This document shows, in pieces, positions 9,824 through 19,948 of a stretch of 64,000 nucleotides of DNA (its first letter is position 1; each line of letters opens with the position of its first letter). The notes beneath the pieces were generated by a model. The model saw nothing but the letters and a program-made list of their open reading frames with translations. It did not search any database and was not told where the DNA came from. A program made the translations under genes and the position numbers. The DNA is from Patescibacteria group bacterium (GTDB taxonomy: Bacteria; Patescibacteriota; Patescibacteriia; UBA11705; DATKZF01). The stretch spans positions 12,331 to 76,330 of the forward strand of contig JBMORT010000008.1 of NCBI GenBank assembly GCA_049319825.1. The letters are read 5' to 3'.

Positions 9824-12379
9824 ATGCCCGAAACCCCAATGCTGAAACAATACAAAGAAATAAAAAAGAAGCACCAGGACGCAATCTTATTTTTTCGGCT
9901 GGGAGATTTTTATGAAATGTTCGGACCGGACGCCATTGAAGCCTCAAAAATTTTAAATATCACCTTGACTGCCAGAAATAAAGGCACGGAAAACGAAACT
10001 CCCATGTGCGGCGTGCCGTATCACGCGGTCGACGGCTACTTATCAAAGCTGACGCGGGCAGGTAAAAAAGTGGCTGTCTGCGAGCAGCTGTCAGATCCGA
10101 GCCTGCCCGGCATTGTGGAAAGAAAAGTAATCCGCACTGTCACTCCGGGCACGACTTTGGATGATAATATTTTGGACAATAAGGAAAATAATTATCTGGC
10201 TTCGCTGTCATTTTTAAAAAAGAGATGGGGCATGGCAGTGTGCGACCTGACTACCGGAGAATTCCAGGTCGGCGAATTCGAAGAGTTTGACATGCTGCAA
10301 AATGAAATTTTCAGGATCGCTCCGTCAGAAGTTCTGGTCACGCCGAGCCTTTTAAACAATTCGGATTTTCAAAATTTTTTTAGTAAATTAAAAAACGTCA
10401 ATTCGTTTCAGATCCCGAGCTTTGAGCAGCCGGCTGATTTTATTTTAAAGCATTTTAATCTGGCCGGCCTGGCCGGGTTTGGCATTGATCGGCTGGAGAT
10501 CGGCCAGACAGCGGCCGCGAATCTACTCGGATATTTGAAAGAAACACAGAAAACGGATTTGGAGCACATTACCAAAATGTCTTTGTACAATTCGCAAGAG
10601 TTTATGGCGCTCGATGAGGCGACGATCAGGAATCTGGAGCTTTACGGCACAGCGCAGGATTATCAGTACGAAGGCAGCTTGTTGTCGGTGATTGACCATA
10701 CTTCGACAGCCATGGGCGGCAGAAAGCTCAGGCGCTGGCTCAGGTATCCGCTGCTGAAAAAAGAGCCGATTGACCGGCGTTTGGAATCGGTGTCTGAGCT
10801 GGCTCGAGATATTGCCAGACAAGGTAAATTTATCGACACTTTGAAAAAAGTGGCTGACATGGAGCGCCTGCTCGGCCGCATCGGCTGCCAGCGCACGAAC
10901 GCGCGCGATTTGATCGCTTTGAAAAACTCTTTGCGCCAAGTGCCGAAGCTCAAGCAAATGCTGGCTGATTCCAAGGCTGAATTATTGCAAAAAATTTATG
11001 ATAATTTGGACGAGCAGATTGATTTGGTGCATTACCTTGAGCATGTGATCGAAGAAGAGCCGCCGGCGATCATCACTGAGGGCAACATGATAAAAAATGG
11101 ATTTAATAAAGAGCTTGATGAATTGCGCTCGATTTCCACCAATGCCAAAGACTGGATCAGCAAAATGCAGCAGCAGGAGATTAAAAGAACCGGAATCAAC
11201 ACCTTGAAAGTCAAATATAATAGAGTGTTCGGCTATTACATAGAAATCAGCAAGGCAAATTTAAATTCAGTGCCGGCTGATTACATTAGAAAGCAGACGC
11301 TGGTCAATGCCGAGCGCTTTATCACCCCGGAGCTTAAAGAATATGAAGAAAAAGTTTTGGGCGCTGAAGAAAAAATTAAAAAACTCGAGCAGGATTTATT
11401 TTTCGAAGCCAGGCAGGAGACGATCAAATATTTTCCTCAAATCCAAAATACGGCCGATCTGGTGGCTGAGCTCGACGCTTTGCTCGGGTTTGCCATATTG
11501 GCAGTTAAGGAAAATTATTCCAGGCCGGAAATTGTTCCGAAAAAAATTATTGAGATAAAAGACGGTCGGCATCCGGTGATTGAAAAATTTTCCGGCGAGT
11601 CTTTTGTGCCCAATGACGTTTATCTGGACCATGAGACGCATGAATTGATTCTGCTCACCGGCCCGAACATGAGCGGCAAGTCGAGTTACTTAAGACAGGT
11701 CGCGCTGATAGTTTTACTGGCGCAGATCGGCAGCTTCGTGCCTGCGGCTGAAGCGAAAATAGGTTTGGTTGACCGAATATTTACCAGAGTGGGCGCGGCT
11801 GATAATCTGATCCGCGGCCGGTCGACTTTTATGGTGGAAATGCAGGAAGCGGCCAATATTTTAAATAACGCGACGAAAAAAAGTTTGATAATACTCGACG
11901 AGCTCGGCAGAGGGACTTCAACTTATGATGGCGTGGGCATTGCCTGGGCAATAGTCGAATATATCCATAATAATATCGGCGCCTGCACATTGTTCGCCAC
12001 TCATTATCATGAGCTGATCGAAGTGATTGAAAATTTGAAGAAGGCGCAGAATTATTCAGTGGCGGTGACCGAAGACAATGGCAAAGTGGTTTTTTTGCGA
12101 AAAGTTTTAAAAGGCGGAGTCAATAAAAGCTATGGCATTGAAGTGGCCAAGCTGGCCGGCTTGCCGCCGGAAATCATTGACCGGGCCAATGAAGTTTTAA
12201 TCAAGCTGGAAAATGACAGGGAAGTGGACGTGGTGCGAAATTCCCAGCAGGCGGAAATGCTTTTTTTGCAAAAAGCCGAATCAGAGATTGAAAAAGACGT
12301 AAAAAATTTGGATTTGGATAATTTAACGCCTCTCGAGGCTTTGCAGCAATTGGTGGAATTTAAGAAAAAAATAAAATAA
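9824..12379 (+). CDS. mutS: DNA mismatch repair protein MutS
   Basis: TPMLKQY, FRLGDFYEMF, TGPNMSGKS Walker A, STFMVEM, DELGRGT, SYGIEVA. Confidence 0.98.
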   Translation: MPETPMLKQYKEIKKKHQDAILFFRLGDFYEMFGPDAIEASKILNITLTARNKGTENETPMCGVPYHAVDGYLSKLTRAGKKVAVCEQLSDPSLPGIVERKVIRTVTPGTTLDDNILDNKENNYLASLSFLKKRWGMAVCDLTTGEFQVGEFEEFDMLQNEIFRIAPSEVLVTPSLLNNSDFQNFFSKLKNVNSFQIPSFEQPADFILKHFNLAGLAGFGIDRLEIGQTAAANLLGYLKETQKTDLEHITKMSLYNSQEFMALDEATIRNLELYGTAQDYQYEGSLLSVIDHTSTAMGGRKLRRWLRYPLLKKEPIDRRLESVSELARDIARQGKFIDTLKKVADMERLLGRIGCQRTNARDLIALKNSLRQVPKLKQMLADSKAELLQKIYDNLDEQIDLVHYLEHVIEEEPPAIITEGNMIKNGFNKELDELRSISTNAKDWISKMQQQEIKRTGINTLKVKYNRVFGYYIEISKANLNSVPADYIRKQTLVNAERFITPELKEYEEKVLGAEEKIKKLEQDLFFEARQETIKYFPQIQNTADLVAELDALLGFAILAVKENYSRPEIVPKKIIEIKDGRHPVIEKFSGESFVPNDVYLDHETHELILLTGPNMSGKSSYLRQVALIVLLAQIGSFVPAAEAKIGLVDRIFTRVGAADNLIRGRSTFMVEMQEAANILNNATKKSLIILDELGRGTSTYDGVGIAWAIVEYIHNNIGACTLFATHYHELIEVIENLKKAQNYSVAVTEDNGKVVFLRKVLKGGVNKSYGIEVAKLAGLPPEIIDRANEVLIKLENDREVDVVRNSQQAEMLFLQKAESEIEKDVKNLDLDNLTPLEALQQLVEFKKKIK

Positions 12380-12384
12380 GGGCA

Positions 12385-12493
12385 GGGCGCGGGGCGGGCA
12401 TACGCCCGCGTAGGGACAGAATATCTGTCCCTACCGCAGGCAGAGGTAAAGCCGAATTCGGATTCGGCTTTACCTCTGCCTGGCCGCGCCCTG
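12385..12493. repeat. 109-bp structured repeat, copy 1
   Basis: Identical to 13365-13473; contains three palindromes including GTAGGGACAGA-ATA-TCTGTCCCTAC. Confidence 0.95.
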
Positions 12494-12542
12494 TTTTTTG
12501 CGTAATTTAGGGGATTTTTTCGATTTCAAGATCCACCAGCCC

Positions 12543-12571
12543 TTGACAAAATCATCATTATTTGATATACT
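12543..12571 (+). promoter_or_regulatory. consensus sigma70 promoter of the candidate ncRNA
   Basis: TTGACA(12543)-17 bp-TATACT(12566) with extended -10 TG. Confidence 0.8.
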
Positions 12572-12577
12572 GCATAC

Positions 12578-13355
12578 ACTGAACCTTGAATTACATTTCC
12601 CCGCGGTTTTGGATCGCCCCGACCTTCATACCAGAAAATTGATGGGGCGGAACTTCACATTACCCGCGGGTTTCTTAGATGATAAACCCAAAGCCATAGC
12701 CTGCCGCGTCAAATCGGTCGGGCGAGTGAGGACGCGCGGATGTAGTTGCTGAGCCTCCGTGGCAGAGGGTTTTCATAGGGATGCTAGCTCTCCCTGACCA
12801 TACGGCTGCGTTTCGCGGTTGGAAGGGGTGCATCTGCACGATGCCACTGCACTTCGATGGTCGAAACTAGCTTTCCTTTGGTGCCAACGCCTTCTGGCGT
12901 TTGCATGGGGCTTTGGCAGCTCCTTAGATAACCGGCAAGAGGGCCTTCTTGTCGGGGTAAATCTGAGAGCTTCCAGGGCTCTCAGAGATGGTAAGCTTCG
13001 GCGAGCCATTCATGCGCCACCTCCAGTCCCATCGCCGGAAAAAATGCGCGGACAGGAAGGCTGCCGGTGAAAGTCGCGAGGGGGGACGGCTCTCTCCACG
13101 CGTCATGTGAGCTGGCAGAGTTAAGCCACACGATTGCCGCAGATACTCCGGATCTGCGGAGCCGCTTTCGTGAGGTGAGCGCGATGCCATGATCGCTGTT
13201 TGGCGACTGGCTGAGTGCTACTGGTTCCCTCGGGAGGAATCGCCTGGGGGAATTTACGTCCGGAGGGTAGGCCCACCCAAAGGACACAAAAAAAACGCGC
13301 AATGCGCGTTAAGATAAACGAGACGTTTCTTCACAGAGGCGTCTCGATTTCGTTT
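12578..13355 (+). ncRNA. candidate large structured non-coding RNA (~770 nt), family unassigned
   Basis: Promoter, GC-rich, many hairpins with G-U pairs and a cUUCGg loop, no credible ORF, terminal hairpin 13319-13346. Confidence 0.65.
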
Positions 13356-13364
13356 AAAAAAACC

Positions 13365-13473
13365 GGGCGCGGGGCGGGCATACGCCCGCGTAGGGACAGA
13401 ATATCTGTCCCTACCGCAGGCAGAGGTAAAGCCGAATTCGGATTCGGCTTTACCTCTGCCTGGCCGCGCCCTG
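13365..13473. repeat. 109-bp structured repeat, copy 2
   Basis: Identical to 12385-12493. Confidence 0.95.
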
Positions 13474-13530
13474 CCTGCTTGTCGCACTCGTCTTGCTTGT
13501 CGCACTTTTTTCTGATAAGGTGTAATCGCT

Positions 13531-15390
13531 ATGGGAATCATAAAAGTATTGCCACAAGACATCATTAACCAAATCGCTGCCGGCGAAGTGATCGAGCGAC
13601 CGTCTTCTGTCGTTAAAGAATTGGTGGAGAACAGCCTGGACGCCGGCGCTTCCACCATTGAAATAGAGATTAAAAACGGCGGCCTGAATTTAATTAAGGT
13701 TATCGACAATGGCAGCGGTATGTCCGGAGAAGACGCACTGCTGAGCGTTAAGCAGCATGCCACCAGTAAGATTTCATTGATCGATGATCTGTTCAGGATC
13801 AGCTCTTTTGGATTTCGAGGTGAAGCCCTCGCCTCGATCGCTTCTGTTTCAAAATTTTCTCTCCAAACAAAAGACCAGGATTCGATTTCTGGAAATCGAA
13901 TAACAATTTATAATCAGGAAGTTAGATCAGCGTCCGTCGGCTGCCCCCAGGGCACTTGCGTTTCGGTTGAAGATCTGTTTTATAATGTGCCGGCCAGGAA
14001 AAAATATCTAAAGACGGTCAGCACCGAATTTAATCACATATTGGAATTGTTTACCAGGTTCGCTTTAATTCACGGGAAAGTCAGCTGGAAATTAATTCAT
14101 AACGGTAAAACTGTGTTTCATTTACCGTCAACACCCAAATGGCTCGAGCGTATTGAGTTGCTTTTGGGGGAGCGGATTGCGCAAAATGTGTTCGGCCTCA
14201 GAATAAACATGCTAGATGTTGAGTTTAACGGTTATCTGGGGAAGCCTCAAATCGCTTCAAAGTCGCGAGCCAACCAATTTTTATACATTAACAAGCGCCC
14301 GGTCAACGAGCATATTATTTCAAAAAGCGTTAAAGATGCTTTTCAAACTTTGATTCCCCGCGACTATTATCCCGTTTACTTGATGAATTTGCGCATAGAT
14401 CCATTCAAGCTTGACGTTAATGTCCATCCGCGAAAACTCGAGGTGCGTTTTTCAGAGCCGCAAACCGTGTATCGCAGCGTTTATCGAGCGGTTAGCGCCA
14501 CACTGGATAAAAATAATTTGGTAAAAACGATTTATACTCCCGCTCCGATTGAACAGGCGGAGAATCAGCTGGAAAAAACCGGTTTTTTCGACATTAAAAG
14601 CGCGCTTGAATCAAAAAGCAGGGATTTGAAAATGCCAAGTCCCGGACAGATTAAGCGGGCAGTTGATTTCAACCATTCCATGTACGCGCTGCCTAAAAGC
14701 GCTCGTCGGCTGATGCCCGGCGATAAGATCACCGTAAGTTCAGCAGAACCAATGGCAGTCAAATTTCAGCCGGTGGAATTTAAACAGGAAAAAATAGAAT
14801 TGGTTCGCGAAGAAGATGTTTGGAAAATCATCGGCCAAATTAAAAATTCATATATAATAGTGGAAACCGGCGAAGGATTAAAAATTATCGACCAGCACGC
14901 CGCCTCGGAGCGCGTCCAGTTTGAAAAAATCATCAGCTCATGGAAAACCGATAAGCTGCGGTCTCAAAGTTTGTTGCTGCCGGTCTTGATCGATATGTCA
15001 TCGCTCGAAATGGCTAAAATTCATAAATATCAGTCTCAGCTCAATCGATTGGGTTTTTCCATTGATGTGTTTGGAGAAAACACCGTTAAAATAAATGCGG
15101 TCCCGGCGCTGTTAAAAAATTCCGATATCCAAAAGTTGTTTTTTGAAGTTGCGGCGGAGCTTGATGATCGCATCAATAACGGCGAATTGACCGAACCAAT
15201 AAGAAAAATATTAAACATCTTGTCGTGTCGCAGCGCTGTTAAATTTGGCGACGATCTAACACTCGACGAAATGAAGTCGCTGATCGCGCAGCTTCGATCC
15301 TTGGATAATCAATACACCTGCGTCCATGGTCGGCCGGCCATAATCGATATGAGTTATGGCGAACTGGAAAAATTGTTCAGCCGCAAGTAA
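13531..15390 (+). CDS. mutL: DNA mismatch repair endonuclease MutL
   Basis: IAAGEVIERP, GFRGEAL, DVNVHPRK, DQHAASER and CVHGRP endonuclease motifs. Confidence 0.98.
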   Translation: MGIIKVLPQDIINQIAAGEVIERPSSVVKELVENSLDAGASTIEIEIKNGGLNLIKVIDNGSGMSGEDALLSVKQHATSKISLIDDLFRISSFGFRGEALASIASVSKFSLQTKDQDSISGNRITIYNQEVRSASVGCPQGTCVSVEDLFYNVPARKKYLKTVSTEFNHILELFTRFALIHGKVSWKLIHNGKTVFHLPSTPKWLERIELLLGERIAQNVFGLRINMLDVEFNGYLGKPQIASKSRANQFLYINKRPVNEHIISKSVKDAFQTLIPRDYYPVYLMNLRIDPFKLDVNVHPRKLEVRFSEPQTVYRSVYRAVSATLDKNNLVKTIYTPAPIEQAENQLEKTGFFDIKSALESKSRDLKMPSPGQIKRAVDFNHSMYALPKSARRLMPGDKITVSSAEPMAVKFQPVEFKQEKIELVREEDVWKIIGQIKNSYIIVETGEGLKIIDQHAASERVQFEKIISSWKTDKLRSQSLLLPVLIDMSSLEMAKIHKYQSQLNRLGFSIDVFGENTVKINAVPALLKNSDIQKLFFEVAAELDDRINNGELTEPIRKILNILSCRSAVKFGDDLTLDEMKSLIAQLRSLDNQYTCVHGRPAIIDMSYGELEKLFSRK

Positions 15391-15477
15391 GGCGCGCCGG
15401 TAATTGGCAATTGATAATTCGTCGCTTGACCCGATGCGGACGATTTGTCATTTGCCAATTACCAGCCACGGGGGAAA

Positions 15478-16008
15478 ATGATGAAGCCGTTTCAGACCAC
15501 CGGTTACGCCATTTCCGGCAGTATTGTCCGGCCAGTTATTTATTGCGCCCTCGATCAATTGGCTCAGCGAATTTTTCTGATTGGCGATTTGCTCTCAACG
15601 GAGATTCAGTTTCAGTATGCAGAAGGTCTATTTGACATGATGCATCAATTTGAGATTCATGAGCTTCTTTCTGGCGTGGTGATCCCCAGCCGGGTAGAAG
15701 CGTTTTTGCGGCTGGCGCGAAATGTCAAAACATTCGCCGGACAAAGGCGGGAGTGGCAGGTATTATCGGCGCTGCGCGAGCTTCGCAATCGGGTGGTGCG
15801 AGATTTTCGCGGCCATGAGGAGATGTATTATTTCAATGACCTGCGTCAGCGGGATTTATTTTGGCAGACCTTTGCCGATCAGCGTCTGTATAAGCGCTTG
15901 ATGGGGTTAACGGTGGTGCAGCGTCATGTGCTGTTTACCGCCGAAGAGCGGATGTGTTATTTGAGCAATCTCAACGGACGCATTGCCACCTTGTATTCAA
16001 ACCGCTAA
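15478..16008 (+). CDS. hypothetical protein
   Basis: ORF with GGGGG RBS before ATGATG; hairpin terminator at 16000-16025. Confidence 0.6.
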   Translation: MMKPFQTTGYAISGSIVRPVIYCALDQLAQRIFLIGDLLSTEIQFQYAEGLFDMMHQFEIHELLSGVVIPSRVEAFLRLARNVKTFAGQRREWQVLSALRELRNRVVRDFRGHEEMYYFNDLRQRDLFWQTFADQRLYKRLMGLTVVQRHVLFTAEERMCYLSNLNGRIATLYSNR

Positions 16009-16275
16009 TTGGTTAGCGGTTTTTAAAATTGGCAAAAAATTCGTATTATTGAATTTTACGTTAATTTAGCGAATTTTAATGATCTGTTAATCGTCCTTGG
16101 TGTTGTGGCGCGCTTATCCACTTAATTATCGCTAAATATTTGACATTTTTTTAAAAATTAGGTAGTATTTATATGCAACTAAAAATGTAATTCATATTTT
16201 ATAGTTAAGCTATTTGGGTTGACTTATTTTTAATATTCTATATAATTCAATTACATTTTTTAAAGTAGATTTATC

Positions 16276-16494
16276 ATGACTAAGAAGAATGAATTTATTG
16301 AGATGAACGGCGTAGTGGAGGAAATGCTTCCTTCGGCAATGTTTAAAGTTCAGCTGGAAAACGGCCATGAAATCTTGGCTCATTTGTCCGGTAAGATGAG
16401 AATGTATAAAATTCGCTTGTTGCCGGGAGATAAGGTCAAAGTTCAGCTGACGCCGTACGACCTCAGTAAAGGCAGAATCGTTTATCGATTCTAG
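16276..16494 (+). CDS. infA: translation initiation factor IF-1
   Basis: [28 protein letters not shown]. Confidence 0.97.
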   Translation: MTKKNEFIEMNGVVEEMLPSAMFKVQLENGHEILAHLSGKMRMYKIRLLPGDKVKVQLTPYDLSKGRIVYRF

Positions 16495-16559
16495 ATTATT
16501 TTTTTATAAACAGTTTTAAGCGTTACTGTAGTAGCGCGTTTAATGATTTTGAACATATT

Positions 16560-16673
16560 ATGAAAGTTAAAGCTTCGGTAAAAAAGATTTGCAAAGACTG
16601 TAAAATAGTCGTGCGGCAAAGGAGAGTCCACGTAATATGTAAAAATCCTAAGCATAAGCAAAGGCAAGGATAA
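16560..16673 (+). CDS. rpmJ: 50S ribosomal protein L36
   Basis: Hand-translated [37 protein letters not shown]. Confidence 0.97.
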   Translation: MKVKASVKKICKDCKIVVRQRRVHVICKNPKHKQRQG

Positions 16674-16766
16674 TTTTTGTCATGGATCAAGGGGCATGAA
16701 TCATGAATCAGCTGAAATGATGTTATATGATATGTGCTCCATGATATATGATATGTGAAGAAAAAT

Positions 16767-17156
16767 ATGGCCAGAATCGCAGGCGTCAACATTCCTAACG
16801 AAAAAAGAGTCGAAATCGCTTTGACTTATATTTATGGAATTGGTCGCAAATATTCCAGCGATATTTTAAAAATCACCAAGATCGACGCCAACACGCGGGT
16901 TAAAGATTTAACGGAAGATCAGGTTAATCGGCTGCGAGAAGTGGTGGAAAAACAGTTCCGCGTCGAAGGAGATTTGAAAAGAGATGTTTTATCCAATATC
17001 AAGCGTTACAAGGATATTAAATGTTGGCGGGGGTATCGGCACAGCCGACGCTTGCCGGTGCGCGGACAAAGAACTAAAACCAATTCCAGAACTGTTCGCG
17101 GCAATAAGCGCGTAACCATGGGCAGCGGTAAAAAGCCGCCAGCACAAAAAACTTAA
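16767..17156 (+). CDS. rpsM: 30S ribosomal protein S13
   Basis: [21 protein letters not shown]. Confidence 0.97.
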   Translation: MARIAGVNIPNEKRVEIALTYIYGIGRKYSSDILKITKIDANTRVKDLTEDQVNRLREVVEKQFRVEGDLKRDVLSNIKRYKDIKCWRGYRHSRRLPVRGQRTKTNSRTVRGNKRVTMGSGKKPPAQKT

Positions 17157-17174
17157 AAAATCTGTTTGAATATT

Positions 17175-17567
17175 ATGGCCAAGCAAATAGTTAAAAGTAA
17201 AAAAAAGAAAACGGAAAAAGTGGTGCCGCTGGGTAGGGCTTATGTTAAAGCCACTTACAATAATACGATCGTGACGTTAACCGATCAAAATGGCAATGTG
17301 CTTTCATGGTCTTCTGCCGGCTTGAATGGTTTTAAGGGGCCGAAAAAATCCACGCCGTTTGCCGCGTCGATTATCGCTAAAGACGCGGTGGAAAAATCAA
17401 AAGTTTACGGTTTAAGAGACGTCCATGTGTTTGTTCAAGGCGTCGGCTTGGGCCGAGAAGCCGCTGTGCGCGGACTGAATGCCAGCGGACTGAATGTTTT
17501 ATCAATTAAAGACGTCACGCCTATTCCTCATAACGGATGTCGGCGCAAGAAACCTAGAAGAGTATAA
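17175..17567 (+). CDS. rpsK: 30S ribosomal protein S11
   Basis: [24 protein letters not shown]. Confidence 0.97.
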   Translation: MAKQIVKSKKKKTEKVVPLGRAYVKATYNNTIVTLTDQNGNVLSWSSAGLNGFKGPKKSTPFAASIIAKDAVEKSKVYGLRDVHVFVQGVGLGREAAVRGLNASGLNVLSIKDVTPIPHNGCRRKKPRRV

Positions 17568-17569
17568 TT

Positions 17570-18199
17570 ATGGCAAATCAACTGAAATGCAAACTATGCA
17601 GGCGGGAGGGGAAAAAGCTTTTTCTAAAAGGCGAACGTTGTTATACCACAAAATGTGCTATAGTTAAGCGCAATTACGCTCCGGGTATGCACGGTTTAAA
17701 GCAAGGACCGGCGAAAAAAGTGTCAGCTTATGGCCGGCAGCTTCGAGAGAAACAATCGGCCAAAAGAAGTTATAATATTAAAGAAAAGCAGTTGGTCAAT
17801 TATTTTAAAAAAGCTACCCGCAAAAAGGGCAATACCGAGGAGACCTTATATCAATTGCTCGAATTACGTCTGGATAATGTGATTTTTAGGTTGGGGTTAG
17901 CCAAATCCAGAGCGCAGGCCAGACAAATCATCAGCCATGGACATGTTCAGGTGAATAGTAAAAAAGTCAATATACCGTCATTTCATTTGAAGCCCGGCGA
18001 TCAAATCAGTCTTCGGGAAAAAAGCTTGAAGACCCCCCTGTTCGTGAATTTATCAGAAGGCGTAAAGACCGGTGAATTGGTTTCATGGCTGCATCTTGAT
18101 CCGAAAACACTTGTGGCCAAGGTGGTTGACGTCCCGAATTACGAAAAATCAGTGAAGGAATTTGAAATGAAACAAATAATTGAATTTTACTCAAGATAA
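17570..18199 (+). CDS. rpsD: 30S ribosomal protein S4
   Basis: CRREG, LREKQ, LELRLDNV, ARQIISHGH. Confidence 0.97.
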   Translation: MANQLKCKLCRREGKKLFLKGERCYTTKCAIVKRNYAPGMHGLKQGPAKKVSAYGRQLREKQSAKRSYNIKEKQLVNYFKKATRKKGNTEETLYQLLELRLDNVIFRLGLAKSRAQARQIISHGHVQVNSKKVNIPSFHLKPGDQISLREKSLKTPLFVNLSEGVKTGELVSWLHLDPKTLVAKVVDVPNYEKSVKEFEMKQIIEFYSR

Positions 18200-18262
18200 A
18201 ATTTAACTTGGTCAGATCCATTTTATTCAATTGGATAAAAAGGAGGGGGACCGAAAATTATT

Positions 18263-19093
18263 ATGGAATCACTGCTTTTACCATCAAAAATTCAATATGA
18301 AGACGGCCCGGAGCCCAATCAAGCCGTGTTGACGATCGAGCCGATGTACATGGGATACGGCACCACTGTCGGCAATGCTTTGCGCCGTGTTTTGATGTCG
18401 TCGTTGCCCGGTGCGGCGGTGACCGCGGTTAAAATCAAAGGCGTTGATCAGGAATTTTCTCCGATTAACGGCGTTAAAGAAGACGCGCTGGACATCTGTA
18501 TGAATTTGAAATTATTGAGGGTGAAGGTATTCACGGAAGAACCTCGAAAATTGATTTTAAAAGCTAAGGGTAAAAAAGAAGTCACCGCGGCTGATATTGA
18601 AAAAAATGCCGATGTCGAAATAATCAATCCTGATTTGTATATTGCCAGTCTGACCGATAAAAATTCCGATTTGGAGATGGAAATATCCGTCAGCCAGGGA
18701 CGAGGCTATCTGCCGGTGGAAGAAAGAAGCAAGGAAGATTTGGAAATCGGCACGATCTTGATCGACGCTTTATTTTCACCCGTCATTAACGTCGGTTTTA
18801 AAAGAGAAGATGTGCGCGTTGGAGAGATCACCAATTACGATAAACTGACAATTTCAATAGAAACGGACGGCAGCATCACGCCGCAAGAAGCGGTGAAGCA
18901 GTCCGCCCGCGTTTTAATGGATCATTTGAATTTGTTGGTCGGAGAACAACTGCCGGAAATAAGCGTTGTGCCTAAAGAATCTGAGCCGCAAGCGGAAGAG
19001 CAGCCCGCGCCGGACGAAAAAAAAGTGGCCAAAAAGAAAGCCAAAGAAGAAAAGAAAAAGGCCAAAGAGGAAAAGAAAAAATCTAAAAAATAA
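18263..19093 (+). CDS. rpoA: RNA polymerase subunit alpha (no alpha-CTD; acidic then Lys-rich tail)
   Basis: GYGTTVGNALRRVL, DALFSPV, ETDGSITP. Confidence 0.96.
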   Translation: MESLLLPSKIQYEDGPEPNQAVLTIEPMYMGYGTTVGNALRRVLMSSLPGAAVTAVKIKGVDQEFSPINGVKEDALDICMNLKLLRVKVFTEEPRKLILKAKGKKEVTAADIEKNADVEIINPDLYIASLTDKNSDLEMEISVSQGRGYLPVEERSKEDLEIGTILIDALFSPVINVGFKREDVRVGEITNYDKLTISIETDGSITPQEAVKQSARVLMDHLNLLVGEQLPEISVVPKESEPQAEEQPAPDEKKVAKKKAKEEKKKAKEEKKKSKK

Positions 19094-19124
19094 TATATTA
19101 GAGGCGCATTGATTTAACGAAAAT

Positions 19125-19565
19125 ATGAGACACCGAAACGTGAAAAAAGTATTTGGCAGAAAAGCCGGACCAAGAAAATCGCTGATGCGAGGATTGGCCA
19201 CTAATTTTATATTGCACGGAAAAATTAAAACCACTGAATCCAAAGCCAAGGCGCTTCGGCCGATCGTCGAGAAGCACATTACCGCCGCCCGAAGCAACAG
19301 TTTGGCCACTCGCCGCAAGCTTTTGAAATATTATTATGATGAAAAAGCGGTTAAATCGCTGATTGATCAGATCGGTCCGTTTTACAAACTCCGAAAAGGC
19401 GGCTACACGCGAGTCGTCAAGCTTGGCGTTCGTCAGGGAGACGCTGCGCCGGTGGCCATGCTTGAATTGGTTGATTATAAGAAAAAGGAAGAGAAAACCA
19501 AGCCGGAAAATAATAAAAGCGCTTCTAAAATTGAGAAGAAGAAAGCCGCTACTGAAAAAAAATAA
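19125..19565 (+). CDS. rplQ: 50S ribosomal protein L17
   Basis: MRHR, IKTTESKAK, GGYTRVVK. Confidence 0.96.
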   Translation: MRHRNVKKVFGRKAGPRKSLMRGLATNFILHGKIKTTESKAKALRPIVEKHITAARSNSLATRRKLLKYYYDEKAVKSLIDQIGPFYKLRKGGYTRVVKLGVRQGDAAPVAMLELVDYKKKEEKTKPENNKSASKIEKKKAATEKK

Positions 19566-19595
19566 TTCGAAAAGGTTAACTGATAATTTATAAAT

Positions 19596-19946
19596 ATGAT
19601 AGACCGTAAAGTTCATAAAATTGATGCCACCGATCAAGTATTAGGCCGGCTCGCCTCGAGGATCGCCATTATTTTACGTGGAAAAAACAAAGCTGATTTT
19701 CAACCGAATCAAGACAACGGAGATATCGTCGAAGTTGCCAATGTCGGCAAGCTTAAATTTACAGGTAAAAAGATAGAGACCAAAGTCTATCAGCGTCATT
19801 CCGGCTATCCGGGCGGCTTGAAAACGGAAAAGCTGAGCCGACTGATGAAGGAAAAACCCGAGCAGGTGCTCCGAAACGCGGTGTTTCATATGTTGCCCAA
19901 TAATAAGCTGAGAGCGAACATGATTAACAGATTAAGAATTTCATAA
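19596..19946 (+). CDS. rplM: 50S ribosomal protein L13 (short form)
   Basis: LGRLASRIA, RGKNK, HSGYPGGLK, MLPNNKL. Confidence 0.95.
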   Translation: MIDRKVHKIDATDQVLGRLASRIAIILRGKNKADFQPNQDNGDIVEVANVGKLKFTGKKIETKVYQRHSGYPGGLKTEKLSRLMKEKPEQVLRNAVFHMLPNNKLRANMINRLRIS

Positions 19947-19948
19947 TT

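Noticed and set aside
9635-9874. ORFs MFHAPCS.../MEHGAWS...
   Set aside because: Translations of the heptamer tandem repeat
12578-13355. RNase P RNA, tmRNA or group II intron identity for the ncRNA candidate
   Set aside because: No GAGGAAAGTCC P4 signature, no tRNA-like CCA end, no convincing domain V by eye; needs cmscan to exclude formally
12498-13763. Several 78-169 aa ORFs on both strands between mutS and mutL
   Set aside because: Mutually overlapping, no recognisable motifs, typical of GC-rich structured non-coding DNA
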